DNA of 64,000 nt from an uncultured virus (IMG/VR IMGVR_UViG_3300032136_000003) (lineage: Duplodnaviria > Heunggongvirae > Uroviricota > Caudoviricetes): the IMG/VR virus record IMGVR_UViG_3300032136_000003; one strand, 5' to 3'. A model generated the notes under the pieces. The model had not been told where the DNA came from. It was given only the letters and a program-made list of their open reading frames with translations, and ran no database searches. A program made the translations under genes and the position numbers. Below, piece by piece: positions 7,424 through 14,888 of the stretch. Numbering within the stretch: the first letter of the stretch is position 1; every line of letters starts with the position of its first letter.

Positions 7424-7603
7424 ATGACAGATTTAGAAAAGTTAGAAGAGGTTTTCATGGAACTCAACATTGATTACGACGTTGACGAGATGAACGACCA
7501 AAAATTCATTACAATATCAGACGAGGGTGAGGAATGTACCACCATCGTAACACGTTTCAAGTTCAACGATTTAGGGGAGTATCAATACTTCTCAATAATT
7601 TAA
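7424..7603 (+). CDS. small acidic protein (59 aa, not in ORF track)
   Basis: AGGAG SD; MTDLEKLEEVFMELNIDYDVDE... Confidence 0.65.
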   Translation: MTDLEKLEEVFMELNIDYDVDEMNDQKFITISDEGEECTTIVTRFKFNDLGEYQYFSII

Positions 7604-7610
7604 TAATTTT

Positions 7611-7675
7611 CGCGCCCACCCTCCTTCTTTTATGTTGGACACTACTTCTCGATACTGTAGGAAAGGGTGGGCGTG
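7611..7675 (+). ncRNA. helix-closed RNA element
   Basis: CGCGCCCACCCT/AGGGTGGGCGTG 12-bp helix. Confidence 0.45.
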
Positions 7676-7693
7676 ATACGACTTAAGGAGCAT

Positions 7694-8197
7694 ATGAACA
7701 TAATATTCGTATCAGGAATAATGCACGGTGGGAAATCCCACTATATCAAACAAGAATTGTCTCAGTACCCAGTCTATGATTTGTGGGACTATCAGGAGAA
7801 TTGCGAATCGCGGATGGACGTATACAGAAGCTATGTCCAGCTGTCTAACGCCCTTAGGATTAAGTGTGTCCTCGCGAAGCCCGATGATACCATAGTCGTT
7901 GAGCATACGTTGGCTAAGGCCAAGCGTAGGCTCTGGTATTTGAAACGCCTCCCAAAGAATGCTCACAAACAGATTAGGTGGGTTAATCCTTCTAAAGAGG
8001 AGTTTATAAAAATATGGGTAAGGGACGCAACACACCACAACAAGCATTTGAGCCCGAGATGGGTAAGCCAGATGTGGGACGCGTGGCAAGAACAGGCCGA
8101 ACCACCTGATCTTGATGAGGGTTGGGACTCGATTATAGAGGTCAGTCCCATCATAGACTACGACGCTGAACTATTACATAAACAATGGATAAGATAA
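7694..8197 (+). CDS. P-loop kinase (AAA_33 / polynucleotide-kinase-like)
   Basis: N-terminal IIFVSGIMHGGKS Walker A; C-terminal EPPxxxEGWD typical of this family. Confidence 0.6.
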   Translation: MNIIFVSGIMHGGKSHYIKQELSQYPVYDLWDYQENCESRMDVYRSYVQLSNALRIKCVLAKPDDTIVVEHTLAKAKRRLWYLKRLPKNAHKQIRWVNPSKEEFIKIWVRDATHHNKHLSPRWVSQMWDAWQEQAEPPDLDEGWDSIIEVSPIIDYDAELLHKQWIR

Positions 8198-8206
8198 AGG
8201 AGAATT

Positions 8207-8353
8207 ATGGCTGAAGCAAAAGGATTGAAGAAGTTAAGATCTCAGACAGGCAAAACACCGACCCACAAGTGTGATAACTGTGGCTGTATGAGATACTCGC
8301 CGTGCAAATGCCAGATCAAGGCCAGCACTACCAAAGAGCCCGCCGAGAATTAG
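8207..8353 (+). CDS. small basic zinc-binding protein (48 aa, not in ORF track)
   Basis: AAGGAG SD; CDNCGC...CKC. Confidence 0.6.
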   Translation: MAEAKGLKKLRSQTGKTPTHKCDNCGCMRYSPCKCQIKASTTKEPAEN

Positions 8354-8360
8354 GCTCTAT

Positions 8361-8396
8361 CGGGCCTCGGTTACATGCGTAACCGGGGCTCGTTTT
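8361..8396 (+). terminator. intrinsic terminator
   Basis: 14-bp stem CGGGCCTCGGTTAC/GTAACCGGGGCTCG + TTTT. Confidence 0.7.
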
Positions 8397-8399
8397 CAA

Positions 8400-8429
8400 T
8401 TTATGTTGTGAACGAAACTATTTATTAAT
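8400..8429 (+). repeat. 30-bp direct repeat, copy 1 (candidate phage promoter or leader)
   Basis: TTTATGTTGTGAACGAAACTATTTATTAAT identical at 9453-9482. Confidence 0.7.
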
Positions 8430-8448
8430 CAAAATAAGGAATGATATA

Positions 8449-9072
8449 ATGGAGGATTGTTATACAAAAAAGGATCTCCCCTTGGGGAGTTATTGGATCA
8501 ACTTGACCACAAGCAGAGACCCAAATTTCTGGGCGGCGGTGCAAGTAATCTCGCATCACGCCGAGGATGATCGGATTAGGCTCCGCATAATTGCGAGAGA
8601 CTCGAACCCGAGCGGACGTCGTACCAAACAACGAGATATACGTGTAGTGGCTGGTGATGCTTGGTTTAACAAATCACTGCTACTACCCTTCTACGCGCCA
8701 CCGTCTCAGAAATTCTTGGATCGTCACGAGATGGAACTCGTGGGGGTTGGTCCGGTAAGCGGTGAAAAGGTGCGCGCCTTCTATTCAAAGGACGGCCGTG
8801 CGGTAATAGGAGGCATAGGCGGCGACTGGAGACAGTGGACCGCGTTCGCTGAAGGTTGGAGATACCTTCTCAAACCCACTAGTGAGAAAGAATCAGAATT
8901 TACGGATGATTATGACTATGGGGCTACTTTCTCTATGAAACTAGACCGGACACAAATTCAGGAATCAAACCCATTCGTAGCTCATTTTGACAACGAGCCT
9001 ACGATAGCAGAAATGATCAGTAATGGAGCTAGACAAACGATAGTCCACCCCGAGTGTGGCGTGGTTTCTTAA
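8449..9072 (+). CDS. hypothetical protein
   Basis: AAGGA SD after the repeat. Confidence 0.65.
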   Translation: MEDCYTKKDLPLGSYWINLTTSRDPNFWAAVQVISHHAEDDRIRLRIIARDSNPSGRRTKQRDIRVVAGDAWFNKSLLLPFYAPPSQKFLDRHEMELVGVGPVSGEKVRAFYSKDGRAVIGGIGGDWRQWTAFAEGWRYLLKPTSEKESEFTDDYDYGATFSMKLDRTQIQESNPFVAHFDNEPTIAEMISNGARQTIVHPECGVVS

Positions 9073-9103
9073 CAAACAATAACACAAAACGAGGAGTAAC
9101 ATT

Positions 9104-9421
9104 ATGCAGGTAATCACAGTAAACGGCGAACAGTATCTCGGCGAGATCAAAGATACTAAAGACGGTAAGGTAGTGTCTGAAGCACTTCAGATCGAAAAGA
9201 GTAACGGCGATGTGGCTGCGTCAACATTCGCCACATATATTACATCCAGGAATGTAGGAGATTTGAATACTCTCACGGTTGCAGGCCCTGTGGTCTCATC
9301 TGTACGTGATCTCCGTCCAGTTGAGGCAGAGAGACTGGCTAATCTTGAAGCCAAGTTTAATAGAGCTAAAGAGCTGGCCATTCCAAAACTGGTCAACGAC
9401 ACGTTCTTGAGCCTGAGATAA
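9104..9421 (+). CDS. hypothetical protein
   Basis: GAGGAG SD. Confidence 0.7.
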   Translation: MQVITVNGEQYLGEIKDTKDGKVVSEALQIEKSNGDVAASTFATYITSRNVGDLNTLTVAGPVVSSVRDLRPVEAERLANLEAKFNRAKELAIPKLVNDTFLSLR

Positions 9422-9427
9422 CTATAC

Positions 9428-9455
9428 GCGGGGGCGAAATACCCCCGCCCATTTT
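9428..9455 (+). terminator. intrinsic terminator-like hairpin
   Basis: GCGGGGG/CCCCCGC + CCATTTT. Confidence 0.6.
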
Positions 9456-9482
9456 ATGTTGTGAACGAAACTATTTATTAAT
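9453..9482 (+). repeat. 30-bp direct repeat, copy 2
   Basis: Identical to 8400-8429. Confidence 0.7.
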
Positions 9483-9501
9483 TAAAATGAAGGAGATAGA
9501 C

Positions 9502-9609
9502 ATGCATTACTGTCCATTCTGCGGCAGCGAACAAATAGAAAAGCTAGAAGATGGCTTCTACGAATGCCTTGATTGTGATGAGGAGTTCCACGAAGACAAT
9601 GAATACTGA
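9502..9609 (+). CDS. 35-aa acidic zinc ribbon (not in ORF track)
   Basis: AAGGAG SD; MHYCPFCGS...YECLDCDEEF. Confidence 0.65.
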   Translation: MHYCPFCGSEQIEKLEDGFYECLDCDEEFHEDNEY

Positions 9610-9618
9610 GGAGAATAA

Positions 9619-9888
9619 ATGAAAGGATCAATGTTAAATCGGTTTAAAGTGGGACAACGGGTTATGTTCCGCACAAACATAGGGACTGACGTTTTTGTCG
9701 AGAAAAAGATTGACAATGGGAGGAAAAGTGTTAAGGTGTTCTCCCATAAAAACAATATATTCGTTGAAGACTTCGGCCGCATTGTAAAACTTCACAGGTC
9801 GGGAACGCATGGATCAGCTGAAATACGCCCCGAAGACGGAGGTAAGAAATTATGCCGGAAACTACAACACGTAACGGAAGTTAAATAG
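9619..9888 (+). CDS. KOW/SH3-like small protein
   Basis: FKVGQRV motif; GAGGAG SD. Confidence 0.55.
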   Translation: MKGSMLNRFKVGQRVMFRTNIGTDVFVEKKIDNGRKSVKVFSHKNNIFVEDFGRIVKLHRSGTHGSAEIRPEDGGKKLCRKLQHVTEVK

Positions 9889-10081
9889 TATGTATACATC
9901 AATGAAAACAGAGTTCACTATAGCCATGGGCTCCCTCATAGCGATATTACTTTCGCTGCTAATGCTCGGGGGTTAGCCATGGAATATAAGTTATCAAACT
10001 GCCCTTACTCTACAGTTCGCTGTTCAGAGGTGGGCAAGGGTAAGTGCGAATCGTGTAATATAAAACAAGCTAAGGAGACAG

Positions 10082-10456
10082 ATGACAAACGAAGAACTGA
10101 CAGAAAAGTACAAAGATAGAATCACAGATCCCATTGAGATGCAAGGGGTTATGAATGTCAACTACAGACCACACCCTTACACAGTTGGGCCTAAGCACAT
10201 AAAGCACGCTCATGATAATCACGGCGGCCTCCTCGGAGATGAGACCGTTAAAGAAGTCCCATGTGCCGCAGAGGGGTGCGGGCTCCCATACGAGGAACAC
10301 ACCTTTGATAGGGTGATGTTCGTCAAGTTGACTCGGGCATGTACGTCTGACGAAGTTCAATCCGTATTGAAACTCGTTGCGGATGATGCTGAGAGCGATA
10401 AAATAGACGGGTTCGGGTTCGTGGAAACTCCCGAAAAATTCAGAATGCAAGACTAA
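10082..10456 (+). CDS. hypothetical His/Cys protein
   Basis: AAGGAG SD. Confidence 0.65.
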   Translation: MTNEELTEKYKDRITDPIEMQGVMNVNYRPHPYTVGPKHIKHAHDNHGGLLGDETVKEVPCAAEGCGLPYEEHTFDRVMFVKLTRACTSDEVQSVLKLVADDAESDKIDGFGFVETPEKFRMQD

Positions 10457-10462
10457 AAACGT

Positions 10463-10520
10463 GCGGGCTGCGTAAGTTCCTCAAGAGCACGAGAGTGCGC
10501 TAACGCAGGCAGCAGTCCGC
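10463..10520 (+). ncRNA. helix-closed RNA element with GNRA hairpin
   Basis: GCGGGCTGC/GCAGTCCGC; GCAC-GAGA-GTGC; T-run after. Confidence 0.45.
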
Positions 10521-10541
10521 CTCTTTTTAAGGAGACTAGAT

Positions 10542-10976
10542 ATGTCACCTAACACAAGCATACCAGAACTACGGGGAGACCTTAGGGCTGTGTACAGGTC
10601 ACTGCTTCATTGGAGGCAGGACCATAAAAAATTAAAACTCTTTGGTGGGGTGAAGCCTTTCGCCAAAGTATTCAACAATGAACAATGTCCCATGTGCCAG
10701 CGCCATCGGACCGAGCACAGAGTATATGGGCACAAACACCCATGTGGCCGGTGTCCACTAGATTGTACTATGGGTAGCGCATTCGGCAAGGCTTGGTTCG
10801 CCAACGTACTCCCCCTATTTGCCGAGAGGCGAAGAAAGAAATTCAACAGCGCTCGAGAGCAGATTGTAGGGACGTTGCTCGACGAACAACTTAGGCTGGA
10901 GAGTCTACTAAAGGAAGCGTTAGTAAATGAACAAACAGAAGCGGCGGTCTCTCGTTTAGGGGGTGTTGAAAGATGA
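10542..10976 (+). CDS. Cys-rich hypothetical protein
   Basis: CPMC...CGRCPL; AAGGAG SD. Confidence 0.65.
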   Translation: MSPNTSIPELRGDLRAVYRSLLHWRQDHKKLKLFGGVKPFAKVFNNEQCPMCQRHRTEHRVYGHKHPCGRCPLDCTMGSAFGKAWFANVLPLFAERRRKKFNSAREQIVGTLLDEQLRLESLLKEALVNEQTEAAVSRLGGVER

Positions 10977-11143
10977 ACAAACCCATTAAGGTAAAGAAGG
11001 ACATTAAATCAGGAATCATAATTGAAAAATCGTGGAATTCTCTTAGGGGAACCCTACGTGATGGTTTTCACCTCGGTCCAACCGAGAAGATTGTGGCAGT
11101 AGAGCCGACAGAAGACGGCTTGAAGATCCAGATTACAAGATAA
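10973..11143 (+). CDS. small hypothetical protein (56 aa, not in ORF track)
   Basis: ATGA overlap; MNKPIKVKKDIKSG... Confidence 0.55.
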   Translation: MNKPIKVKKDIKSGIIIEKSWNSLRGTLRDGFHLGPTEKIVAVEPTEDGLKIQITR

Positions 11144-11146
11144 CTT

Positions 11147-11184
11147 AGTCGGGTGCGGTATGATAAGTACCGCACCCAACTTTT
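11147..11184 (+). terminator. intrinsic terminator
   Basis: GGGTGCGGTA/TACCGCACCC + TTTT. Confidence 0.65.
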
Positions 11185-11241
11185 CTTAGCGATTTTATAG
11201 GTTCGAAACATTATTAATAACACAAACGAAAGGTAACCAGT

Positions 11242-11634
11242 ATGGCAAAGCTATCAATAACAATTGGAAAGACGGAAACAAACAAGGGCTCCGGCCTCGG
11301 TATTTACACACAGATGGAGGACGCAGACGAGTTGCAGGCTGCTATGAAAGTGTTCATAGAATCTGGTATGGATATAGAAGTGCTAAGGGGTTTCGATGTA
11401 GCTACTTTACTTGGGGTGTCAATAGCTATGGGCATTAATACGGTGGTGCATGACGCTTTACAAGCCTTGGACATAGGGCCTTCAGACGAGGTTCTTGGTG
11501 ACCCGTCGAGAGGCGTCGACGCCCGCGACCGAGCGATAACAATGGGTATCATAAAAGACCCGGCGCTCCAGAAAGACCTGGAAGAGATATCCAAAATGCT
11601 CGGAGACATAACTCCTGACAAGGAGACTGCCTGA
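11242..11634 (+). CDS. hypothetical protein
   Basis: AAAGGT SD. Confidence 0.65.
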   Translation: MAKLSITIGKTETNKGSGLGIYTQMEDADELQAAMKVFIESGMDIEVLRGFDVATLLGVSIAMGINTVVHDALQALDIGPSDEVLGDPSRGVDARDRAITMGIIKDPALQKDLEEISKMLGDITPDKETA

Positions 11635-11825
11635 TGGATAAATGGTATCTGGAAAAAGTAAAGGACGAACGGTGCCCCTCACGGTGCATCGTTCGTGAAG
11701 ACGGAAGCTACGTGGCTATCAACGTTAGGACAGAAGATGCTGAGTTTATAATTGACGCCCGGGACAGGGCTATAGCCGCTGAGGAACGCGTCATCATTAA
11801 ACGAGGCCTCCTGTTACAGAAATGA
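11634..11825 (+). CDS. hypothetical protein
   Basis: TGATG overlap; AAGGAG SD. Confidence 0.6.
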   Translation: MDKWYLEKVKDERCPSRCIVREDGSYVAINVRTEDAEFIIDARDRAIAAEERVIIKRGLLLQK

Positions 11826-11834
11826 GGAGTCATA

Positions 11835-11990
11835 ATGGCTAGAAATTGCAAGGACGGAATGTGCGGCGCCTGGGACTGCGGGAAGTGCTTCCCTTACTCC
11901 GAGGCTGAAATTGAGTATCAGGAGGCGAAGGAAGAGGCGCAGCTTGATCGGATGGATCGGGAACGTGAACAAGAAAGCGAGGAAGGATGA
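11835..11990 (+). CDS. small Cys/acidic protein ending ESEEG (51 aa, not in ORF track)
   Basis: GAGGAG SD; MARNCKDGMCGAWDCGKC...EQESEEG. Confidence 0.65.
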   Translation: MARNCKDGMCGAWDCGKCFPYSEAEIEYQEAKEEAQLDRMDREREQESEEG

Positions 11991-12511
11991 AACATTACAA
12001 AACAATAGATGAGTTAAAGGCTGACTTAAATGATTATAAAGACTTGATTGTCCCTGAACATGATGTCAAGGTTGATTTTGACATTCCGTTGGGAGTGTTA
12101 AGAAATATTGAGTGCAGGAACTTCACCGGCAGGAACTTCACCAGCAGGGATTTCAACGGCTGGGATTTCAATGGCTGGAATTTCACCGGCGGGAATTTCA
12201 CCGGCGGGAATTTCACCGGCTGGAACTTCACCGGCTGGGATTTCAATGGCTGGGATTTCAATGGCTGGGATTTCAATGGCTGGGATTTCAATGGCAGGAA
12301 CTTCACCGGCAGGGATTTCAACGGCGGGAATTTCACCGGCGGGAATTTCACCGGCATGGATTTCAACGGTGACCACATAGATTATTACGCATTATTCGTC
12401 TGTTACGACTCATGTTCTTGTCTGTCACATAAATCGAGGCGCAACAACGCTCTACCTATCCAGTGTTTAGATGGGGAGTTGATTATCAGGGAAGAAAGCG
12501 AGGAAGGATGA
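11987..12511 (+). CDS. pentapeptide-repeat protein
   Basis: 17 tandem x(N/D)F(T/N)G pentapeptides encoded by a 15-nt repeat at 12116-12370. Confidence 0.75.
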   Translation: MKHYKTIDELKADLNDYKDLIVPEHDVKVDFDIPLGVLRNIECRNFTGRNFTSRDFNGWDFNGWNFTGGNFTGGNFTGWNFTGWDFNGWDFNGWDFNGWDFNGRNFTGRDFNGGNFTGGNFTGMDFNGDHIDYYALFVCYDSCSCLSHKSRRNNALPIQCLDGELIIREESEEG

Positions 12512-12515
12512 CAGA

Positions 12516-12695
12516 ATGATTAAAAAATGTCCATGCTGTAAAAAGCGGATTTGGAGATGGTGGAAAATCAGGAAGAGACGGATGAACACTCGATTTGTTG
12601 ACGAATCTCGTAATTTTCTAATGTCATGCGAATCATGCGCCCAAGAAACTTATGACTATTATTCGGACTTATGGTCTGAATGTTACTACGGATAA
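12516..12695 (+). CDS. small zinc-finger protein (59 aa, not in ORF track)
   Basis: MIKKCPCC...CESC...ECYYG. Confidence 0.55.
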   Translation: MIKKCPCCKKRIWRWWKIRKRRMNTRFVDESRNFLMSCESCAQETYDYYSDLWSECYYG

Positions 12696-12733
12696 AGGCA
12701 CTCGTTGCCAACAGAACAAGAAAGCGGGGAAGG

Positions 12734-13036
12734 ATGAATCTAGATACAATTACGTGGTTTGATTTATACCAGAGGGCCGAACATAAAAAGCATTTCGCAG
12801 AGCAAAAAAGGGCAGAAGGTGTTTTTGGCATAGCTATTGAAAAGGATATATTTGCAAAAATATGGCAAAGGGTAGATAGACAATCTCGAAAGTTTGAGGG
12901 ACGATTAAGGGCTTCTCTAGGGCAAAACTATTATAAGAATAGATGTGGTCGATGTGGTTATATGAGATACACAGAGGCATGTTGCAAGGAATTGGATTCG
13001 CAATCACTACAGACAAGAGAAAGCGGGGAAGGATGA
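12734..13036 (+). CDS. hypothetical protein ending ESGEG
   Basis: Starts and ends within junction motifs. Confidence 0.65.
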   Translation: MNLDTITWFDLYQRAEHKKHFAEQKRAEGVFGIAIEKDIFAKIWQRVDRQSRKFEGRLRASLGQNYYKNRCGRCGYMRYTEACCKELDSQSLQTRESGEG

Positions 13037-13218
13037 AAATAACAATAAAGCAGGCACGTAGGACGATTAAACAGGCATTCAAAAAAGACCCTGATTTCAG
13101 GCGTGGTTATGTTGATAATATAGCCTGTGTAATTATGGATAACGCCAAAGGATACACAAGAGACAAGGCTAAGCGTGATGCTTTGGCAGATAAGATACTG
13201 ACTCATATTTTGGGATAA
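13033..13218 (+). CDS. small basic hypothetical protein
   Basis: Starts in junction motif. Confidence 0.65.
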   Translation: MKITIKQARRTIKQAFKKDPDFRRGYVDNIACVIMDNAKGYTRDKAKRDALADKILTHILG

Positions 13219-13256
13219 TTAAAGGCACTCACTACAGAACAAGAAAGCGAGGAAGG

Positions 13257-13418
13257 ATGAAAGCTAAAGAATTGCTATTACTACTTGCAGAAATACTCAA
13301 TGCAGGAGAATTACAGCCTCACCATATTGGAGCTATAAAAGAAGTTTTGAATTATCCTACTGATGAGGAATTGTCAAAGATTATATTAACAGGAGAATTG
13401 AAAGAAAGCGAGAAGTAA
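13257..13418 (+). CDS. small hypothetical protein ending ESEK (53 aa, not in ORF track)
   Basis: Starts in junction motif; MKAKELLLLLAEIL... Confidence 0.6.
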   Translation: MKAKELLLLLAEILNAGELQPHHIGAIKEVLNYPTDEELSKIILTGELKESEK

Positions 13419-13422
13419 CAAA

Positions 13423-13629
13423 ATGAAACGTTGTGGATTTAAGCGGTCAACAATTTGGATAGATGACGATAAGCTTGAGACTTGGCGATGTAGTCGCCTA
13501 GGTAAGCATAAGTTTAATGATATTGATGGAGACGGAGAAATACTGCTTTGTACTCAACATTTTAAAATCGCAACTAAAGATTGCGAACTGCAAAGAGAAA
13601 GCGAGGAACAAAAATGCCAACTAACATAA
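13423..13629 (+). CDS. small Cys/His hypothetical protein
   Basis: Between junction motifs; ESEE near C-terminus. Confidence 0.6.
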   Translation: MKRCGFKRSTIWIDDDKLETWRCSRLGKHKFNDIDGDGEILLCTQHFKIATKDCELQRESEEQKCQLT

Positions 13630-13880
13630 TTACAGTTAATAACGCCGAAGAATTAGAATGGACAGTTTCAGACAGCAAGATGCCTGCAATTCTGTCTGTA
13701 CTTGATGCGATTGGAGAACGCACATGGTTATTGTGCGACTCTGATGTCGCGGATGAATTTAGGATAATGCAGCGATCAGGTGAGTGGTCGGACTGGCTAC
13801 CTATGCCTGACGATCTTAAAGGCAAAACCCTATACAACGGTTTCTCCGACATAGTGCAACACAGGTGTCGTAACAAATGA
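13614..13880 (+). CDS. hypothetical protein
   Basis: ATG after junction motif at 13597. Confidence 0.6.
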   Translation: MPTNIITVNNAEELEWTVSDSKMPAILSVLDAIGERTWLLCDSDVADEFRIMQRSGEWSDWLPMPDDLKGKTLYNGFSDIVQHRCRNK

Positions 13881-14140
13881 GCAGATTAATATGTGATTCT
13901 TGCGGAAAGCAATTTGTGATAGGGAACTTAGAGAGTTACCAAGACTTAGAACAACATGCTAAAAAGCACGGCTGGACATTTATAGAAGATGTGCTTTGTT
14001 CTAAGTGTATTCCCGATTGCGAAATGTCTGTCAAGATAAACGGACTATGGACAGAGTGGACGCCTGAAAGACCTGTTAATTACGGTGTTGAGGTAAAATA
14101 TAGGATGACAAAAGTAAAGGAAGAAAGCGAGGAAGGATGA
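13877..14140 (+). CDS. zinc-binding hypothetical protein ending ESEEG
   Basis: CDSC...CSKC; ATGA overlaps. Confidence 0.65.
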   Translation: MSRLICDSCGKQFVIGNLESYQDLEQHAKKHGWTFIEDVLCSKCIPDCEMSVKINGLWTEWTPERPVNYGVEVKYRMTKVKEESEEG

Positions 14141-14340
14141 GTACTTGCCCAGAATGTTATGAGGATGTAGGTTGCACTTGCATAGAGAATAAGCGCATAG
14201 CACAACTCGAAAAGGCTATCTGCGTTTATCAGCGAGAAGAGCATGGACACATCGAATGGGAGGATGATGAGACTGCTATAGATGAGTTCTTGATGAGATG
14301 GAATGATGAAACGTGTGATAAAGAAAGCGAGGGAAAATGA
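14137..14340 (+). CDS. acidic hypothetical protein ending ESEGK
   Basis: CPEC; bounded by junction motifs. Confidence 0.65.
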   Translation: MSTCPECYEDVGCTCIENKRIAQLEKAICVYQREEHGHIEWEDDETAIDEFLMRWNDETCDKESEGK

Positions 14341-14708
14341 GTGACTTAATCAGTGAGTATACGAAAAGTGGTTTAGTAAGTTCGCCTGCACTAAACTTTG
14401 AAGAATGTCATGGCTGTAGAGGTAGATTTCATAGAGATGAGTTAAACGATTATCTTTGTGCTGATTGTGAATTAGAAGACAAAAAGCATAGAGACCTGCT
14501 AAATAGAAAACTTAGAGGCGAATTAGATATGGCGGAGGCAAAAATCAAAATACTTGAGGGAATAAGAGATTGCTATAACGAATTACTAGCTGAGGTTGTT
14601 AATAAATACGAAGGAATTAGTAGGCACGACAGGGCTAAAGCTATCATAAGATCATCTGAACAGATGTGTAGCAGGGGTTCAGCTAAAATAGAAAGCGAGG
14701 GAGGATGA
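14337..14708 (+). CDS. zinc-finger/coiled-coil protein ending ESEGG
   Basis: CHGC...CADC; bounded by junction motifs. Confidence 0.65.
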   Translation: MSDLISEYTKSGLVSSPALNFEECHGCRGRFHRDELNDYLCADCELEDKKHRDLLNRKLRGELDMAEAKIKILEGIRDCYNELLAEVVNKYEGISRHDRAKAIIRSSEQMCSRGSAKIESEGG

Positions 14709-14750
14709 AGAAGTTAATAACGGCAAGAGTAAAGAAAGAGAGGCTTCATA

Positions 14751-14879
14751 ATGGCAGGAAAAGGAGATAGACCACGTCCGGTAGATCGGACTAAGTGGGA
14801 GTCCGCCCCTTATTGGAAGCAATTAGAGCTGCGGAAGCGAAAAGAGCAGATGGGCAGTTCTCGGGTAAAGAATAAATAA
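14751..14879 (+). CDS. small basic phage protein (42 aa, not in ORF track)
   Basis: MAGKGDRPRPVDR...; GAGG SD. Confidence 0.55.
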   Translation: MAGKGDRPRPVDRTKWESAPYWKQLELRKRKEQMGSSRVKNK

Positions 14880-14888
14880 GGAGCACTC

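Larger units (their letters stand above)
11973..14708 (+). repeat. dispersed gene-junction repeat GAAAGCGRGGAAGGATGA (10 copies, some partial)
   Basis: Copies start at 11973, 12494, 12720, 13019, 13243, 13404, 13597, 14123, 14323, 14691, each just upstream of a start codon. Confidence 0.9.

Noticed and set aside
12034..12380. Overlapping ORFs in other frames and strands over the 15-nt repeat
   Set aside because: Open only because the repeat lacks stops; only 11987..12511 has an SD and non-repeat flanks
11973..14708. CRISPR array or classical integron
   Set aside because: Intervals are whole genes of variable length, the motif is not palindromic like attC, and no integrase or cas genes were found
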